Source of the DNA: Podarcis filfolensis
Taxonomy: Eukaryota
Reading direction: 5' to 3' (one strand)
Assembly (NCBI GenBank): GCA_964270895.1
Contig: OZ185436.1
DNA: 64,000 bases
Shown here: piece by piece, positions 33,471 to 46,674 of the stretch
Layout of the letters: each line of letters opens with the position of its first letter
How positions within the stretch are numbered: the stretch's first letter is position 1
Translations under genes and position numbers: made by a program
The notes under the pieces: model-generated
Databases searched by the model: none
Told to the model about the DNA's origin: nothing
Seen by the model: the letters and a program-made list of their open reading frames with translations, nothing else

Positions 33471-36400
33471 CAAGAAGTGAGGTTACAGGGAACTAGGCAG
33501 AGGGCCTTATCGGTAGTGGCGCCCACCCTGTGGAATGCCCTCCCACCAGATGTCAAGGAAATAAACAACTGAAGTCTGAAGGCAGCCTTGTTTAGGGAAG
33601 TTTTTAATGTTTGGTGTTTTTAATATTCTGTTGGGAGCCGCCAGAGTGGCTGGGGAAACCCAGCCAGATGGGTGGGGTATAAATAAAAAAATTACTATTA
33701 TTATTATAAAGGCATTGTAAATTGATACACGAGCCTTGAAGCTTGCTCAGCAGCGTATGGACAGCTAGCACATGCTTTTGAGCACTGGAGTTATATGTTG
33801 GCAATCATCTGCCCCGTCAACAGTCTAGCTGCTGCATTTTGCACTAGCTGGAACTTCTAGACCAGACCCAAGGCCATGCTGAAATAATCAAGTCTTAAGG
33901 TTACCGATGTAGGGATCTCTGTGGCCAAACTATCCCTGTCCAAGGACAGCTGTAGTTGATGCACCGGCCCTAGCTAGTAAAGGACACTCCTAGCCACTGA
34001 GGCTACCTGAGCTTCTAGCAGCAAAAGTGGATCCACAAGCACCCAGTAAACCCCAGCCTGTCCTTTCAGAGGGAACATACCCATCTTGGCTCAAGAACAG
34101 CTGTGTCTGTACTCATCACTCTGTTGTTCTGTTGCAAGAGTCAGATATGACCATGCAGGGAGTCAAGTGACACATACGAAAGCAGACTTTAGACCAGAAG
34201 TGGCATAGCACTTTCTCTAAAGTCAGGGTCCAGTTTGTGTTTTAAATCCTAATCACTGATAAAGAACACAACAAATTTTGAAGCATGGTCTAAAAAGAGA
34301 GAGAGAACTGAGTCACATTCTGCAAGCTGGGTTTATTTCTCAATGACAGAATTTCCCAAGTCTTCCCTCAAGAGGTTTGCTTCCTTTGTACAAAACTTTG
34401 AAGTCATTGTGGTGTTCTATCGCATGCTTCCCTATCAGTCTGTGGACACAGATGTGTGTTTTGCTCCTAGCCTTCAATTCGGCATCAGACCATTTCTCAG
34501 CCTGGGTGACAGAACAGAAACTTTCAGAACAAGAACATTCATGACGGCTTATCACCCTGCCTTGATCCCCTTGCACAGCACTGTATTTTAAAATACAGCA
34601 CTGGAGGAGACTCAGCTGAAACCCCAGAGCCTTGAGAGGTGGGAGACAGCGTGCTGCTAATTTCCACAGGAACATCAAAGCCGATTTTAAACATTTATAT
34701 GCTACGTGACGCAACCAGCCCACAGAACCTTGAGCAGCTTCAGAGGCAGCAACTGCAGATGATGGAAAGCGACGCTGTTAAATAAAAATATCCCTCAAGT
34801 CACAAATGGAGGGCTATGTTCACTTGGCTGGGACATGGCCTTGCTCTTTATCTACCTATTATGGCACATGTTCAAGGAAATTAATGGAGCAAAGTCGTTT
34901 TCTTTCCAGAAATAGTAAACAACAAGGCAACAAGAGAGTCAGTGTGACTGGAATAGCAGTTAGGGTGTTGGACTAGGACCAGGGTTCAAATCTTCACTTG
35001 GTCGTGAAGCTCACTGGGTGACTTGAGGCCTATCACTGCCTCTCAGCCTAATCTACCTCACAGGGTTGTTATGGGGATTAAATGAGGAGGGGAAGACCTT
35101 GAGCTTCTTGGAGGAAAAGGTGAGATATAAATGCAATAACTATAAATAAATAAATACTGGGTAATGTCCAGATTACATCCTCCCAAAGTTCCCAGAGCGT
35201 CACAGTATTGGACAGCGTTAACACTTCGGCCACACCTACCAAAAACAGATATTGTTTAGCATTACATGATGTAATTTTACAAATGTTAATCATCATCATA
35301 ACATTATACAAGTACAACCAATGTATACACTGTGTATATCATATTGAGATAGAATAACTAATCATTTTATTGGTGTAGGGTTTCGGTTATCTTTGTGTAG
35401 ATAATAATGATGATGGTTTAGCATGGAGATTAGCACCAGCAAGCGGATGATTAAAATATCTCTTTTAAAAGGACTGACTGAAACTTCTGCCCATCTCACC
35501 CTTTGGTCTTGAAGAGAGGTTTGACCCTGAAGGAAAAATGTGTCGTACAATCCAACTGATCCCAGTGAACTGGCTTCTAAATGGCACATTAGAAATAAAC
35601 ACCCCCAGAAAGAATGAAATGCACACCCAACAGATTTCATTTCATCCCACATGATGCTGCCACCTGAGGAAAATTTAGCACTTAGAAGCAAACGTGCTTC
35701 AGGATGATGGGCACTTGAGGTAAAATCTTGGAGTGTAACCAAAGGGATGTCAAAACCATGAGTTGTTGATAGCACAGGGAGTGTATTCTGAAAGAAACAC
35801 AACAAAACGCACCTGCCGAGAACAGTGAGCTGAGGGATGATGGGTGAGTCTTTTCAGAGCACAACCAGGATGTGCTGTGCAGCAGCCATGCCAAAGGAAC
35901 ATAAACCACTTAAAGCGTAAATAATTGCAGAACGACCACATTGGCCTATTATGAGTTATTGTGGTGTTGTATTGCAGCATTATTATGCTGTTCCTTTCCT
36001 CTTCTGTGGAAAAAGGCCCTGAATCACCCAAGATGAAGAGAGCTGGATAATGATTATGACAGAAAAATACTAGTTGCTGCAACCTCCATATCTCTGGCTC
36101 AATCAGCCTATTCTAAATGCATAATGTCTGTTTAACATTTTTATCATGTCCTTCCTCCAATAGCCCTATATAATATATGGGATTATTGCATTTCACCTTC
36201 ACAACAACCCTGCAAAGCAGCCTGAGGACAGGCATCAGAGTCATAAACATATTGTTAAATGTGTCCCCCCCCCCAAAAAAACCTTGAGGTCCACCAGTGG
36301 TAGTCATGCACAAAACAGTAACTTGGGTCAGCTGTGTGGGGAGCCAGATGCAATGTGCTCAGGGGACAATAATAATCACCTACAGCTTTTACTCAAGTGA

Positions 36401-37988
36401 AACTACCATGTCGCAACACAGCACATGACCGGTAGTCATATGCTTCACTCTCCATCTTATTGTTGCCAGAGGCCATGCCTGCACTGCAGTATTTCCTGCT
36501 AATACTATGTATGATTTTGTTTCACAGCGCATAGAACACATTTGGTTTGTCATCGTCTGATCCCTCTCTGATCCCTGATCCTGCACACATTTCGGTTACA
36601 TGATGCCCTGTGTGCTTATGCTTTTGTTGGTGTTTTTAATGTGATGCTGTTGCGTCATTGTTCATATACTGCATTTTATGGATTTTTTTATTGCTTTATA
36701 TTGTGGTATGGTATTGTATATTATTTTACTGTTTTACAGTTTCCTGTTTGAATTCAGACTATAATCTGTCTGTGGAACTCCCCGTTCTTCCCGCTATTGA
36801 AAGCATGTGGTATCCAGTACAGTATTTAAATAATATGTAAATCAACAGTCAAACAAATGGAAAAATTGCCTTCACACATTTTCAAGGCATGGGTTAATCA
36901 TACTGGGTACTGTACTGAACAGTGCCAAGGACCACACAACTCTGACATACATTCTCACTTCCGTGTGCTAACACAAATAACTACATGAGCTCACACTCAG
37001 TGAGGGGAAAGGAAATTATTTTTCTAGTGATGGAGACAATACATGCCAGGTAAAGGCTTCACAACAGGATCTGTCCTGTGGACTTATGAACAGTGGAAAT
37101 AATTTCCCACAGGCCAAGTTAACACAACACATGAGGAGGAAGGGTGACTACAAAGCTCATCTGTGGTGCTGCTGCAGTCCATCTGATCCCTGCAGACCAC
37201 CCAGCATAGGCTTCCTGGATAGCTTCCCATTTGAGGAAAAAGAGCCTGAAAGGGAGAAAGTCTGAAATTTCCAGAGTTCTAGCTCTTCCTGGTTCCTGGA
37301 GAGAATGAGGAAGTGGCAAGCAGAAATACCTAAAGGAGTGCCTCAACAGCAACCTGAGAGGGGGCATTTCATGACTCTGAAACAGCATGCAATAATTCAC
37401 TGCTGAATTATTATTCTACGCCACTTCTTTCTTTCCAAAAACAACAAAGAGTTTTGAGTACTTTGAAGACAACTTATGGTGCCTCAATGTTCTTTGCTGT
37501 TTTTGCTGCAGCCATGGCTATGTACATATTACCAACTCAAAACGCAGCCAGGTCTTTCTCTTTCTCGATTCGGATCAATGCTGATTGAGGAGGGAGACTC
37601 GGTACTGTATTTCATAAGAAACACAAGGATATATAAGGATTGTAGCTAATATTGTGTGTACACCACTTCCCAATGCAGCAGTGGGAACACACAGAATGTA
37701 GAGTGAATGGAAGTGTGTACACACAGCCAGACTAGCATGTCTACCCCTCTGGAAATCCTTCCAGTCACACTAACATTCATGTTTCCCCCCAGGACATCTG
37801 CCCTGCTGCCAGAAGCATAAACAGCTGCCGCCTGGATATGCATTCTCTCATAGCTGGATCATGTGAGTTTATCTTTTGCTCTTTGTTCCATCCCCACAGG
37901 GCCTTCTGGTTTAGTTGGAGTATGAGTGCTTCCAGACTGTTCAGGTGGGATTCACATACCCACAAACATTCGCAGTGGTTCCACTCTC

Positions 37989-39077
37989 TCTCTCTCTCTC
38001 TTTTAAAATAATTTTTATTAACCGACCAATCAAATCAAATCAAATTACATCACATAAATTCCGAATTACAAAGCCAAATTTTAAATTTTTTGTTGGGGGG
38101 ACCCATATTTCAAGTTCCGAAGGGGATTCCAATCATCTTCTTGCTGCTGCATTAATATCCACAAATCTGTCCAAATAATGTTCATAATTCTATCCAGTCC
38201 CATCTTGCTGTTCCCACATCTCATCTTATTCATCTATTTTTCTTTTTTCCTTATGGTCTCTTCTGATAATCTCCTTAAGCAGGTAAACACCAGTTATAAT
38301 CCTGTGTGAATTTTTCCGTTCGTCCAATCACCATATCAAGATGGATTCCATATATCATCACTTCCATAAATTAAAGCACTCTTTCCATCATTAATCTTAG
38401 CAAATCTGTCGCCTTCTTTAGTCCCTCTGAGGAGGCTCGCCCACAATATGAAAACAGATCCATTCCTCCTCCCAGACATAAGTCTCTTGACAGAACTTGC
38501 CAAAATGGCGACGCTATTTTTTACTGCGTCATCCCAAAGCTCTTATACTTTCCACGATCTTCTTAAAACATGCTTTTGGTTAGAAAATTATCTCCACACA
38601 GTCTTAAATCATCAGCTTAGGTCATTTAAATGGCATTTCTGACTTGTGTGGGGGGGATACTTGGTTAATCAGATAGAGAAAAGAAAGGAAAGTCCCCCCC
38701 CCATCCAGTCCCGTTGCCGACATACCGAGCCTTGGTGTGTCTTCTCATGATATATTCCTGCTTATCCGACCCGTCTTTTTTCTCAGAGATCTCTTCAATT
38801 AGCAGTCTTTACTCCCCCTTCTTCCTTGAAATATGTGCATTAGCTTCCTCCTAATTGTTTCTTTTGAAGTTGCTGCAGCTAGAGGTGCGAATCAGAGACA
38901 GCGTCCAGGAGCGCCGAAGTCCACACAAGGGCTTTCTGCCTAGTGCCCCCACTCCCTCAAATTCGGGGGTGGTATAGGGCACAGCAGGCAAGGGCAGTCC
39001 CCCCATTTGCTTGGGGGGGGGCCGGGAGGCTGTTTACTCCCATCACAGCCTCTTAATTACCTCGTGTGGGTCGGAGA
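37989..39077 (-). mobile_element. Non-coding L1-type retroposed element, ~1.1 kb
   Basis: 16-bp direct repeat CAGTGGTTCCACTCTC at 37973-88 and 39078-93; on the - strand ends in AATAAA then an A/GA-rich tail; no long ORF. Confidence 0.65.
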
Positions 39078-39945
39078 CAGTGGTTCCACTCTCATCTCTA
39101 CTTCATCAGATGAAACCCCCTCTCCCCAGCCTGATGTTGGTCTCTCATCAACACCCATCATCCCTAGCCGGCATTAGGAAAAATGCGGTCATTGCTGCTT
39201 CTCTCAACACCCTAGACAAATTCATGCTTGCCGTAGGAAATCAGCCATGTCCTGCTCGTCCTGATTGTGGAGATAGAGCTGTTCATTGCACAATAACCTT
39301 CTCCCCCCCCCCCCCAATGCCATCCTGTTCCCATTACCTGGAAATAAGCCCCATTAAACACAAAGAGACTCACTTTTGAGTTGACATTGTACTATAAGGT
39401 AACTAACTACACAGTGAATTTTTATTGAGTGTCTGGCTCTAGGTCCTGCCAAAACATCTGTGCATAATTTTCACATCTTGCACCTGTCATTTGGGGAGGG
39501 GATTCTTCAGCATCCACCTTCACTTATCACATAACAGCATTTACAAAATATAACTTCTAGGGAGCACCTGATAAACACACCCAGGAAAGATGCATTCTGG
39601 TTGCAAGGGAAGGAAGGGCAAATGCTGGAGATTCCAAGGACTACTGGACAAAAGCTGGAAAAGTGCTATAAATGGAAGAGGAAAAATAAAACTCTTTAGG
39701 ACTCCAGGGATTCCTACTTACTGGTGTCCAAACAATGCACTTATCAATCAAAACTCATTATCTAAAAATCCTGACAGGCTGGCTTTTTTTCGCAGAAATG
39801 GCTTAGAAGGGTACACATTTTGCTTCTTAACTTTCTTTCTCGGTGGGATAGAGACTTACTTCTTTCTTTAAATATAAGCTCTGAGTCAAAGTTGCCTGAC
39901 TGGGAGTGCCAATAGAGGCCTTTAGCAACACAGTATGGCTCAGAT

Positions 39946-40313
39946 ACAGACACGGGTGGCGCTGTGGGTAAAACCTCAGTGCCTAGGACTTGCCGATTGT
40001 ATGGTCGGCGGTTCGAATCCCCACGGCGGGGTGAGCTCCCGTCATTCGGTCCCAGCTCCTGCCCACCTAGCAGTTCGAAAGCACGTCAAAGTGCAAGTAG
40101 ATAAAGAGGGACCGCTTTATAGCGGGAAGGTAAACGGCGTTTCCGTGTGCTGCGCTGGTGCTGGCTTGCCAGCTGCAGCTTCGTCACGCTAGCCACGTGA
40201 CCCGGAAGTGTCTTCGGACGGCGCCGGCTCACAGCCTCTAGAGCGAGATGAACACGCAACCCTAGAGTCGGACACGACTGGCCCGTACGGGCAGGGGTAC
40301 CTTTACCTTTACC
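39946..40313 (+). mobile_element. Sauria/Squam1-type SINE
   Basis: Box A/B head, (ACCTTT) tail; 12-bp TSD TATGGCTCAGAT (39934-45, 40314-25). Confidence 0.9.
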
Positions 40314-42079
40314 TATGGCTCAGATGCTTCATAAGGCAATATAGAATCAGTACAGTGTGGTTCCAGGCACTCCACCCTCCGCATATGGATTTGGGTGCAT
40401 GGCACTTAAGTTGTAAGCAAACACAGTTTATGACATTGCAAATCATTTCTGATCATGGGACACATCTGTTATGTAATTAGCCTTAGCTTCCAATTTCCTG
40501 GCTTTATGGCATTTGAGCCAACATGAAGTAGTTTTAACTCTGGTCTTAAACTGGCAGATTTTTTAAATCAATGAATCTTTTAGATTTTTGAAGATAGCTG
40601 TCAACGTTTCCCTTTTTTTAAAGCGAAATTCCCTTATTCCGAATAGGATTCCTCACAAGAAAAGGGAAAAGCTGACAGCTATGTTTTTGAAATGTTAGCA
40701 ATCTGACCTTTTCCCATCCAATTCATCTGCAGCCATTAAGGAAACAGCTTACATGATTCTCCTCCTTTCCCTGTATATCCTCATAATGACCCTGTAGTAG
40801 AGGCTCAGAGGAAAAGACTGGCTCAGAGTCACCCAATGAGCTTCACAGCTGAGCAGGGATTTGAACTCTAGTCTGCCTCTCCCCACTCTCTACCACAGTA
40901 GCTCTTTTAAGATTTGTTCTTTTTCACCCACCTCCCTCTCTTCAGCAGCAGCAACGGTGTCATTTAATTAGCCATCTGTTCTAATGTTTAGGTAATTTGA
41001 AAGGGTTTTTAACATTCTTCGAAAGCCGCTCAATCCCCTGCAAAGCTCACTACTGCAAAAGCAGATTTAGCATTGTTGTTTTTTCCAAAGGGAGAGGGAA
41101 GGAAATAGCAGCATAACTGCTCCTTTACAACAAGGCTCTCTGACCCTTAGCTAAATATCTGCCCCATAAATAATCCGCCTGCATTTTTCACTGGCAAAAT
41201 GTTGGAGGGGGACGGAGTATGATGCAAGGGCTAAGCTGCACTTTAACTTGTTGGGAGGGACATGCTTTCTGAGGCCATGCCAAAAGGCCCTTTCAGTGCT
41301 TATCACTTTGTTTGCTTATTATCCTGCTGCTGCTTATTTTAAAAAAATCTTTAAAAGAGGGGAAGGAAAGGGAGGTGACCATACTCTTTCCAAAAATCAG
41401 TTAAGTTTGTGAAGCAGTTTCAGAAAACATACCTTCTAATTGTGCTTGTCTTCAGCTTTCATATGACCTACATACAATGTCACTGAAGCACAGTTGGTGT
41501 TTTTTCTTCCCTCCCCTGTGGCACAGGAGAAAAAAAACACTGAAGACTTTTCCTACTGCACTGTTCTGAGAACAATCAAAACAATCTTGTTTCTGCAGTC
41601 CCACCCTGTGCAGTCTGTAAACAGCTCTCCTGGATACGAATGGGAGCGATGGCCCCATGAGGAGAAAGCACTCAGCATTCTGAGTTTCTGCCAGAAAAGA
41701 GAACAAACACAAATTCAAGAACCCTCGGCTGCAATTTCAGCCCTCTGAAGAATTACAAAATGGCGTTCACGTGGCTGCAGGTTCTGTCAGGAATCACAGG
41801 GCTCTGGTTAACCTTTCCTCTGGCTGGCTGGCAGCTCTCTGCAATGGTGCTCCATCACTTGAGTCTAATTACAATGGCAAGTTCCACCACCATAGCATTT
41901 CATCGCCTTATCATGCGGTAATAGAGGAAGGAAGGAAAGGAAAAATCAAGAGTCTTTTACGAAGACACATTATGCTGTCCTACTTCTGGATCCTTTGCTG
42001 TCACTTGAGGCTCAGGTGGCCTCAGTGGTGCAGAGTGGCTTCCATCCACTTCGGTTGGTGGCCCAGTTCAGCTCCTATC

Positions 42080-42500
42080 TGTACAAGCATAGCCTAATTT
42101 CTGTCGTCAATGCTCTGGTAGCTTCTAGGTTAGATTACTACAACACGTTATATGTGGGGCTGCCTCTGAAGGCAGTTTGGAAACTTCAGCTGGTGCAGAA
42201 TTCGGCAGCTAGGTTGCTGACTGCGGCAAGACGGTTTGAGCATATTACATTAATGTTACACTGATCCTGGCCCGACTGCACTGGCTGTCAATTAGTTTCC
42301 AGGCCCAATTCAACGTGCTGATTTCGACCTATAAAACCTTAAATGGCTCAGGACCGCAGTATCTCAAGGACTGCCTCTCTCCATATTAATTGACCTGGAC
42401 CCCACAATCACCACCTGAGGCCTTCTTCTACATGAGGTCCAGAGGGTGGCAACACGAGAATGGGCCTTTTCTGGCGCCTTTAGGTGCCAGATGAAAACTT
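42080..42500 (+). mobile_element. L2 LINE internal fragment
   Basis: VNALVASRLDYYNTLYVGLPLKAVWKLQLVQNSAARLLT is the classic L2 post-RT motif. Confidence 0.88.
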
Positions 42501-42936
42501 TTCTCTATAACCAGGATTTGGCTGATTGATATGGCCTTTGAAATGTTTTGTGGGAAGGGGTTGTTGGTTTGTTCCTGTTTGGTTTTTTTTTAGTATATAT
42601 TTTGTATTCTCATTTTTCATTGTTCCAGGCCACACCAATCTCTGCCGACTGGTTGCAAGATTCCAGGGGTCTTGGCACTTAACCAGGGTTTGTGTTCCTT
42701 TAAGAAACATGTTTTATTCACACATATTTACACCTGAGTTTTATGGAGAGTTCACAGCGTTTACATCCCAAGAGGGGCTTGTCCTTCCTAGCAGCACCAT
42801 CCTCGTGTCTCTCTGTAATAGCCTGATCCAGCCAGCCAGCATGCAGTTCTGCCTACATCCTCCTTCTCCTTCCCAGCAGCACTTGCAGAAACCACTCCTG
42901 TTTCAAACGGACACCTTTCTTCCTGTGGTGACATCA

Positions 42937-43274
42937 TGTTGTTGTTTAGTCGTTTAGTCGTGTCCGACTCTTCGTGACCCCATGGACCAGAGCACGCCAG
43001 GCACTCCTCTCTTCCACTGCCTCCCGCAGCTTGGTCAAACTCATGCTGGTAGCTTCGAGAACACTGTCCAACCATCTTACCCTCTGTCGTCCCCTTCTCC
43101 TTGTGCCTTCCATCTTTCCCAACATCAGGGTCTTTTCCAGGGAGTCTTCTCTTCTCATGAGGTGGCCAAAGTATTGGAGTCTCAGCTTCACGATCTGTCC
43201 TTCCAGTGAGCACTCAGGGCTGATATCCTTAAGAATGGATAGGTTTGATCTTCTTGCAGTCCATGGGACTCTCA
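42937..43274 (-). mobile_element. RTE Bov-B LINE 3' end
   Basis: ORF ...SLEGQIVKLRLQYFGHLMRREDSLEKTLMLGKMEG...HGVTKSRTRLND and tail ACGACTAAACAACAACA, typical of Bov-B. Confidence 0.92.
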
Positions 43275-43655
43275 CCTTGTTACTCCTGGCAACCTCCTCC
43301 TCTCAGTTCTTTTCTTGCTGAATCATCCACATATGGGGGCATCCAGGGAGATTTCTACTGCAATGGGAGTAATATTTTTGGCCCTGGACGAGACCTTAGA
43401 ACATATGGTGGTGTGTCATTTTAACTTTCCTGAGACCAAGACCCTGGGAACAAAGAAGCAATTTATTGAGGGGGAAGCTAAAACAAAACAAGTATCTCAT
43501 ATACCTTTTGAGTTCTCTGAAAGAATTCTGGGTACTGTAGTTTAGGGAAGCTTTTAATGTTTAATAGATTATTGTATTTTAATATCCTGTTGGAAGCCGC
43601 CCAGAGTGGCTGGGGAAACCCAGCCAGATGGGTGGGATATAAATAAATAATAATA

Positions 43656-43700
<45 letters not shown>
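43656..43700. repeat. (ATT)n microsatellite (L2 tail)
   Basis: Direct reading. Confidence 0.95.
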
Positions 43701-43702
<2 letters not shown>

Positions 43703-45454
43703 ACTGTAGCTACCTCCCCCTGCAATATCTTTTTTCGTTGGAACTCCTGCATGTGTGCTCTGTCTCTTTCACAAATGTGTGCGCACAAACATCAGCCTCA
43801 GATTATTGGTGAGTGGTCTTGAGTGAATTAGAAGATCTATTCCAAACTCACATTATCCTTTCCAGTGTTTTGGCAGAGTGGAATAAAAACATTGTGTTCT
43901 TTTTTAAAACCCAGCGGAGCAAAACCCTTCGGTTCTGCCCAACCTTAGAAACAAATAAAAACGTTTCAGTTCACTGCAAAAAGAGCAAAGCGGAAGAGCT
44001 GTCACTTGCTCAGCAGAAGCAGGCCAACCCTGCTTGATGATTGCCAGAGACAGGAATTTGATAAAATTACTGTAACCAGATCACGGAAAGGTGAAGTCTT
44101 GGGGTATTTATAGAAAGCTGATTTGCAAATGGTTGCCAATGTCATGTTTCCCATTTACAGACTTTTTCTGCGGAACTGGAATTTGTGCTATTGTCTATTT
44201 TGCCAGTTTTTAACTTGTACCACTCTTTGAAATTTCTTTTGTAATTACCCACGATAAATACAATAAAGTCCAGCTTACCCGTACCACTTAGCCATACCAC
44301 AGCTAATCACGAAGAAGCAAGTGTGTGGATACACAGAGCAAAAAATCACTGCTACTTCACTCCCCACCCCACCCCATCCTGCTTCTGCTGGGGAGGCAAA
44401 CCAAAAGCCTGGGTTCACAAATAAAGAATGCGCTAAGGCACACCATGCTGGAGGTTGTATGCAGTGCTTTTTTCTGGGGGAACGCAAGGGTACACATATC
44501 CCTAAACATTTTGTGAATCTTTGTATCTTTGTCCATTTACTGTATTTATTTTTCCAGATTTGAACTATAAAATAGTGATTTTCTTGAGTCAAAATGAGAG
44601 GACCCCTAAACGTTTTTTTAGAAAAAAAGCACTGGTTGTATGGATATTTCATCACTTGTGGCATGGATTTAAGCCTTCTAGACATTCAGATGGGACACAC
44701 ATGGGCAAAAGTGTGCAGAGGGACAGAGGCATACATGCTAGCCCCATTCTCATTGCCGCTGGACCAACAGCCCCTTGTCATTTTGTTCTTCCTGCAAGAT
44801 GGGTGTATGAGCAACTTCCCAGTGGTCCTGGGTCCCTTGCCTGATGGCAGAGGCCAGAATATGCATCCCATCTTTTCTACAGTCAGGAACCATAACATAT
44901 TTGAACCCAGTTCTCCCAAGTTAAGGTCAGGGCTACCTAACTGATCAGTATTTATCCCAGAGCACTTCCAGGCAATTTTCTGGTGAGATACAATACCAGC
45001 AAATGTAGCTTTTGTGGCTTCAGTTGTACAACTGTTGCTCTTGTACCACAAACCCCTCCAAAAATCAGAGTGTTTGCAATATTTATTTATCTACCTTTAT
45101 CTGTTTATTAAATTTGTATACCACCCTCTATCTCGTGGTGGTTCACAGCATAAAAACACAAGATCAAAACACATAATATAAGCAAAACAGTAACACCCCC
45201 TCCGTCAAACACATTAAAAAGGATGTTAGTTAGCCAAAGGCCTGGTTGAAGAGGAACATTTTTGCCTGGTGCCTAAATGTGCCAGGTGTAGGATAACATT
45301 TACTTGATGCAGCATTGTGTAACTTCCCCTCAAACAAGTCAGAATGAATGCTTTATAAACAGGTATTAAGTATATGCAAGAAACAGTTTCTAAAGTAGGC
45401 CGCTCACAAAAGAAATGAATGTAACATGATACAGCAAGAAGCTTGGTAATCATA

Positions 45455-45456
<2 letters not shown>

Positions 45457-45487
<31 letters not shown>
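45457..45487. repeat. (TG)n microsatellite
   Basis: Direct reading. Confidence 0.95.
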
Positions 45488-45489
<2 letters not shown>

Positions 45490-45766
45490 CAGCAACACTA
45501 AGCCAATGTAACAAGTTAACTTACTTCATCAGAAGCTTAGATACAATCCACAGGCAAAGCTTAGATAAGATCCAAATATGAAGCATATAATTAATTAGGC
45601 CACAGCCAAAATAAGGCCATAGACTGAGGCAGGGGAGATACATCATCTGATCTATGTGTCACCTGATAGTTAACAGGAAGAATTTTCAAGGCACTGAAAA
45701 AACCAGTTACTGTGCAAAATGTGTCATGGACAGGGGCACTGAAGCAAAGCAGCATACACCAATGTA

Positions 45767-46674
45767 CAGTGGTACCTCGGGATAAGTACTTAATTCATTC
45801 CGGAGGTCCATACTTAACCTGAAGCACCACTTTAGCTAATGGGGCCTCCTGCTGCTGCTGTGCCGCCGGAGCACGATTTCTGTTCGCAACCTGAAGCAAA
45901 GTTCTTAACCTGAAGCACTATTTCTGGGTTAGCGGAGTATGTAACCTGAAGCGTATGTAACCTGAAGCGTATGTGTCAGGGACTCAGGAGCAGGAGCACT
46001 GGGGAGAGAGGAAATGGAGAGCGAAGGGGAAGAATCCGAGGGCAGCGTAGGGGAGTATGACAGTGGCCCGAGAGATTCCATGAGCTTCTCCAGCGAATCA
46101 GAAGATTCCCAGAAGGGGGCGTCTATGGTCAGGGCAAGGGGGGTCCCAGGGGGGACGCACCAGAAACAAGGAGACAGAGGGGAACCCCAAAGCAGCAGTG
46201 GGGGATTGGGACCAGTTTCCCCACCAGAGCGTAGTGGGGGGGAAGAGTCACATGTGTCAGGGCCAGCGTCTCCTCCAGCGGGGAGAGAGAGTGAGTCAGG
46301 GCTGACCACGCCTCCAACGGAGGGGAGGTCAGTTGCAGCTAGCCCCCCCAGAGGGGGAAGCAGTGACAGCAGCAGCAGTGAAACGGTCAGGAGAAAAGTT
46401 ACCGGCTGGGCGGGCGCGCCAAGTTCAAATGTACAGGTGCGGGGAACAGCAGGAGACCCGGATGGGGAACCAGCTCCTAAAGCCCGCCGGAGGGAGGGGG
46501 AAGGCTCAGGGGACTCAGCGGTCTAACAGTTGAGACGTAGAGCTGTGCGCTGCGGCTTTGGAAGTGAAACTGAACTTCAATAAAGACTTTTGTACTTAAC
46601 AAAGAAGCAGCGTTGGTCCTTTGTGAGCTGGGACCTTGGGCAGCCCTGACAGTATGTAACCCGAGGTACCACTG
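45767..46674. mobile_element. Tc1/mariner MITE interrupted by a solo LTR; uninterrupted relative at 48644-48842
   Basis: TA-CAGTGGTACCTCGG...CCGAGGTACCACTG-TA with internal AACCTGAAGCGTATGT repeats. Confidence 0.88.
45974..46651 (+). mobile_element. Solo LTR (678 bp, probably Ty3/gypsy-type)
   Basis: TGTCAGGG...CCCTGACA termini, 5-bp TSD GTATG (45969-73, 46652-56), AATAAA 46579-84, no internal retroelement domain. Confidence 0.88.
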
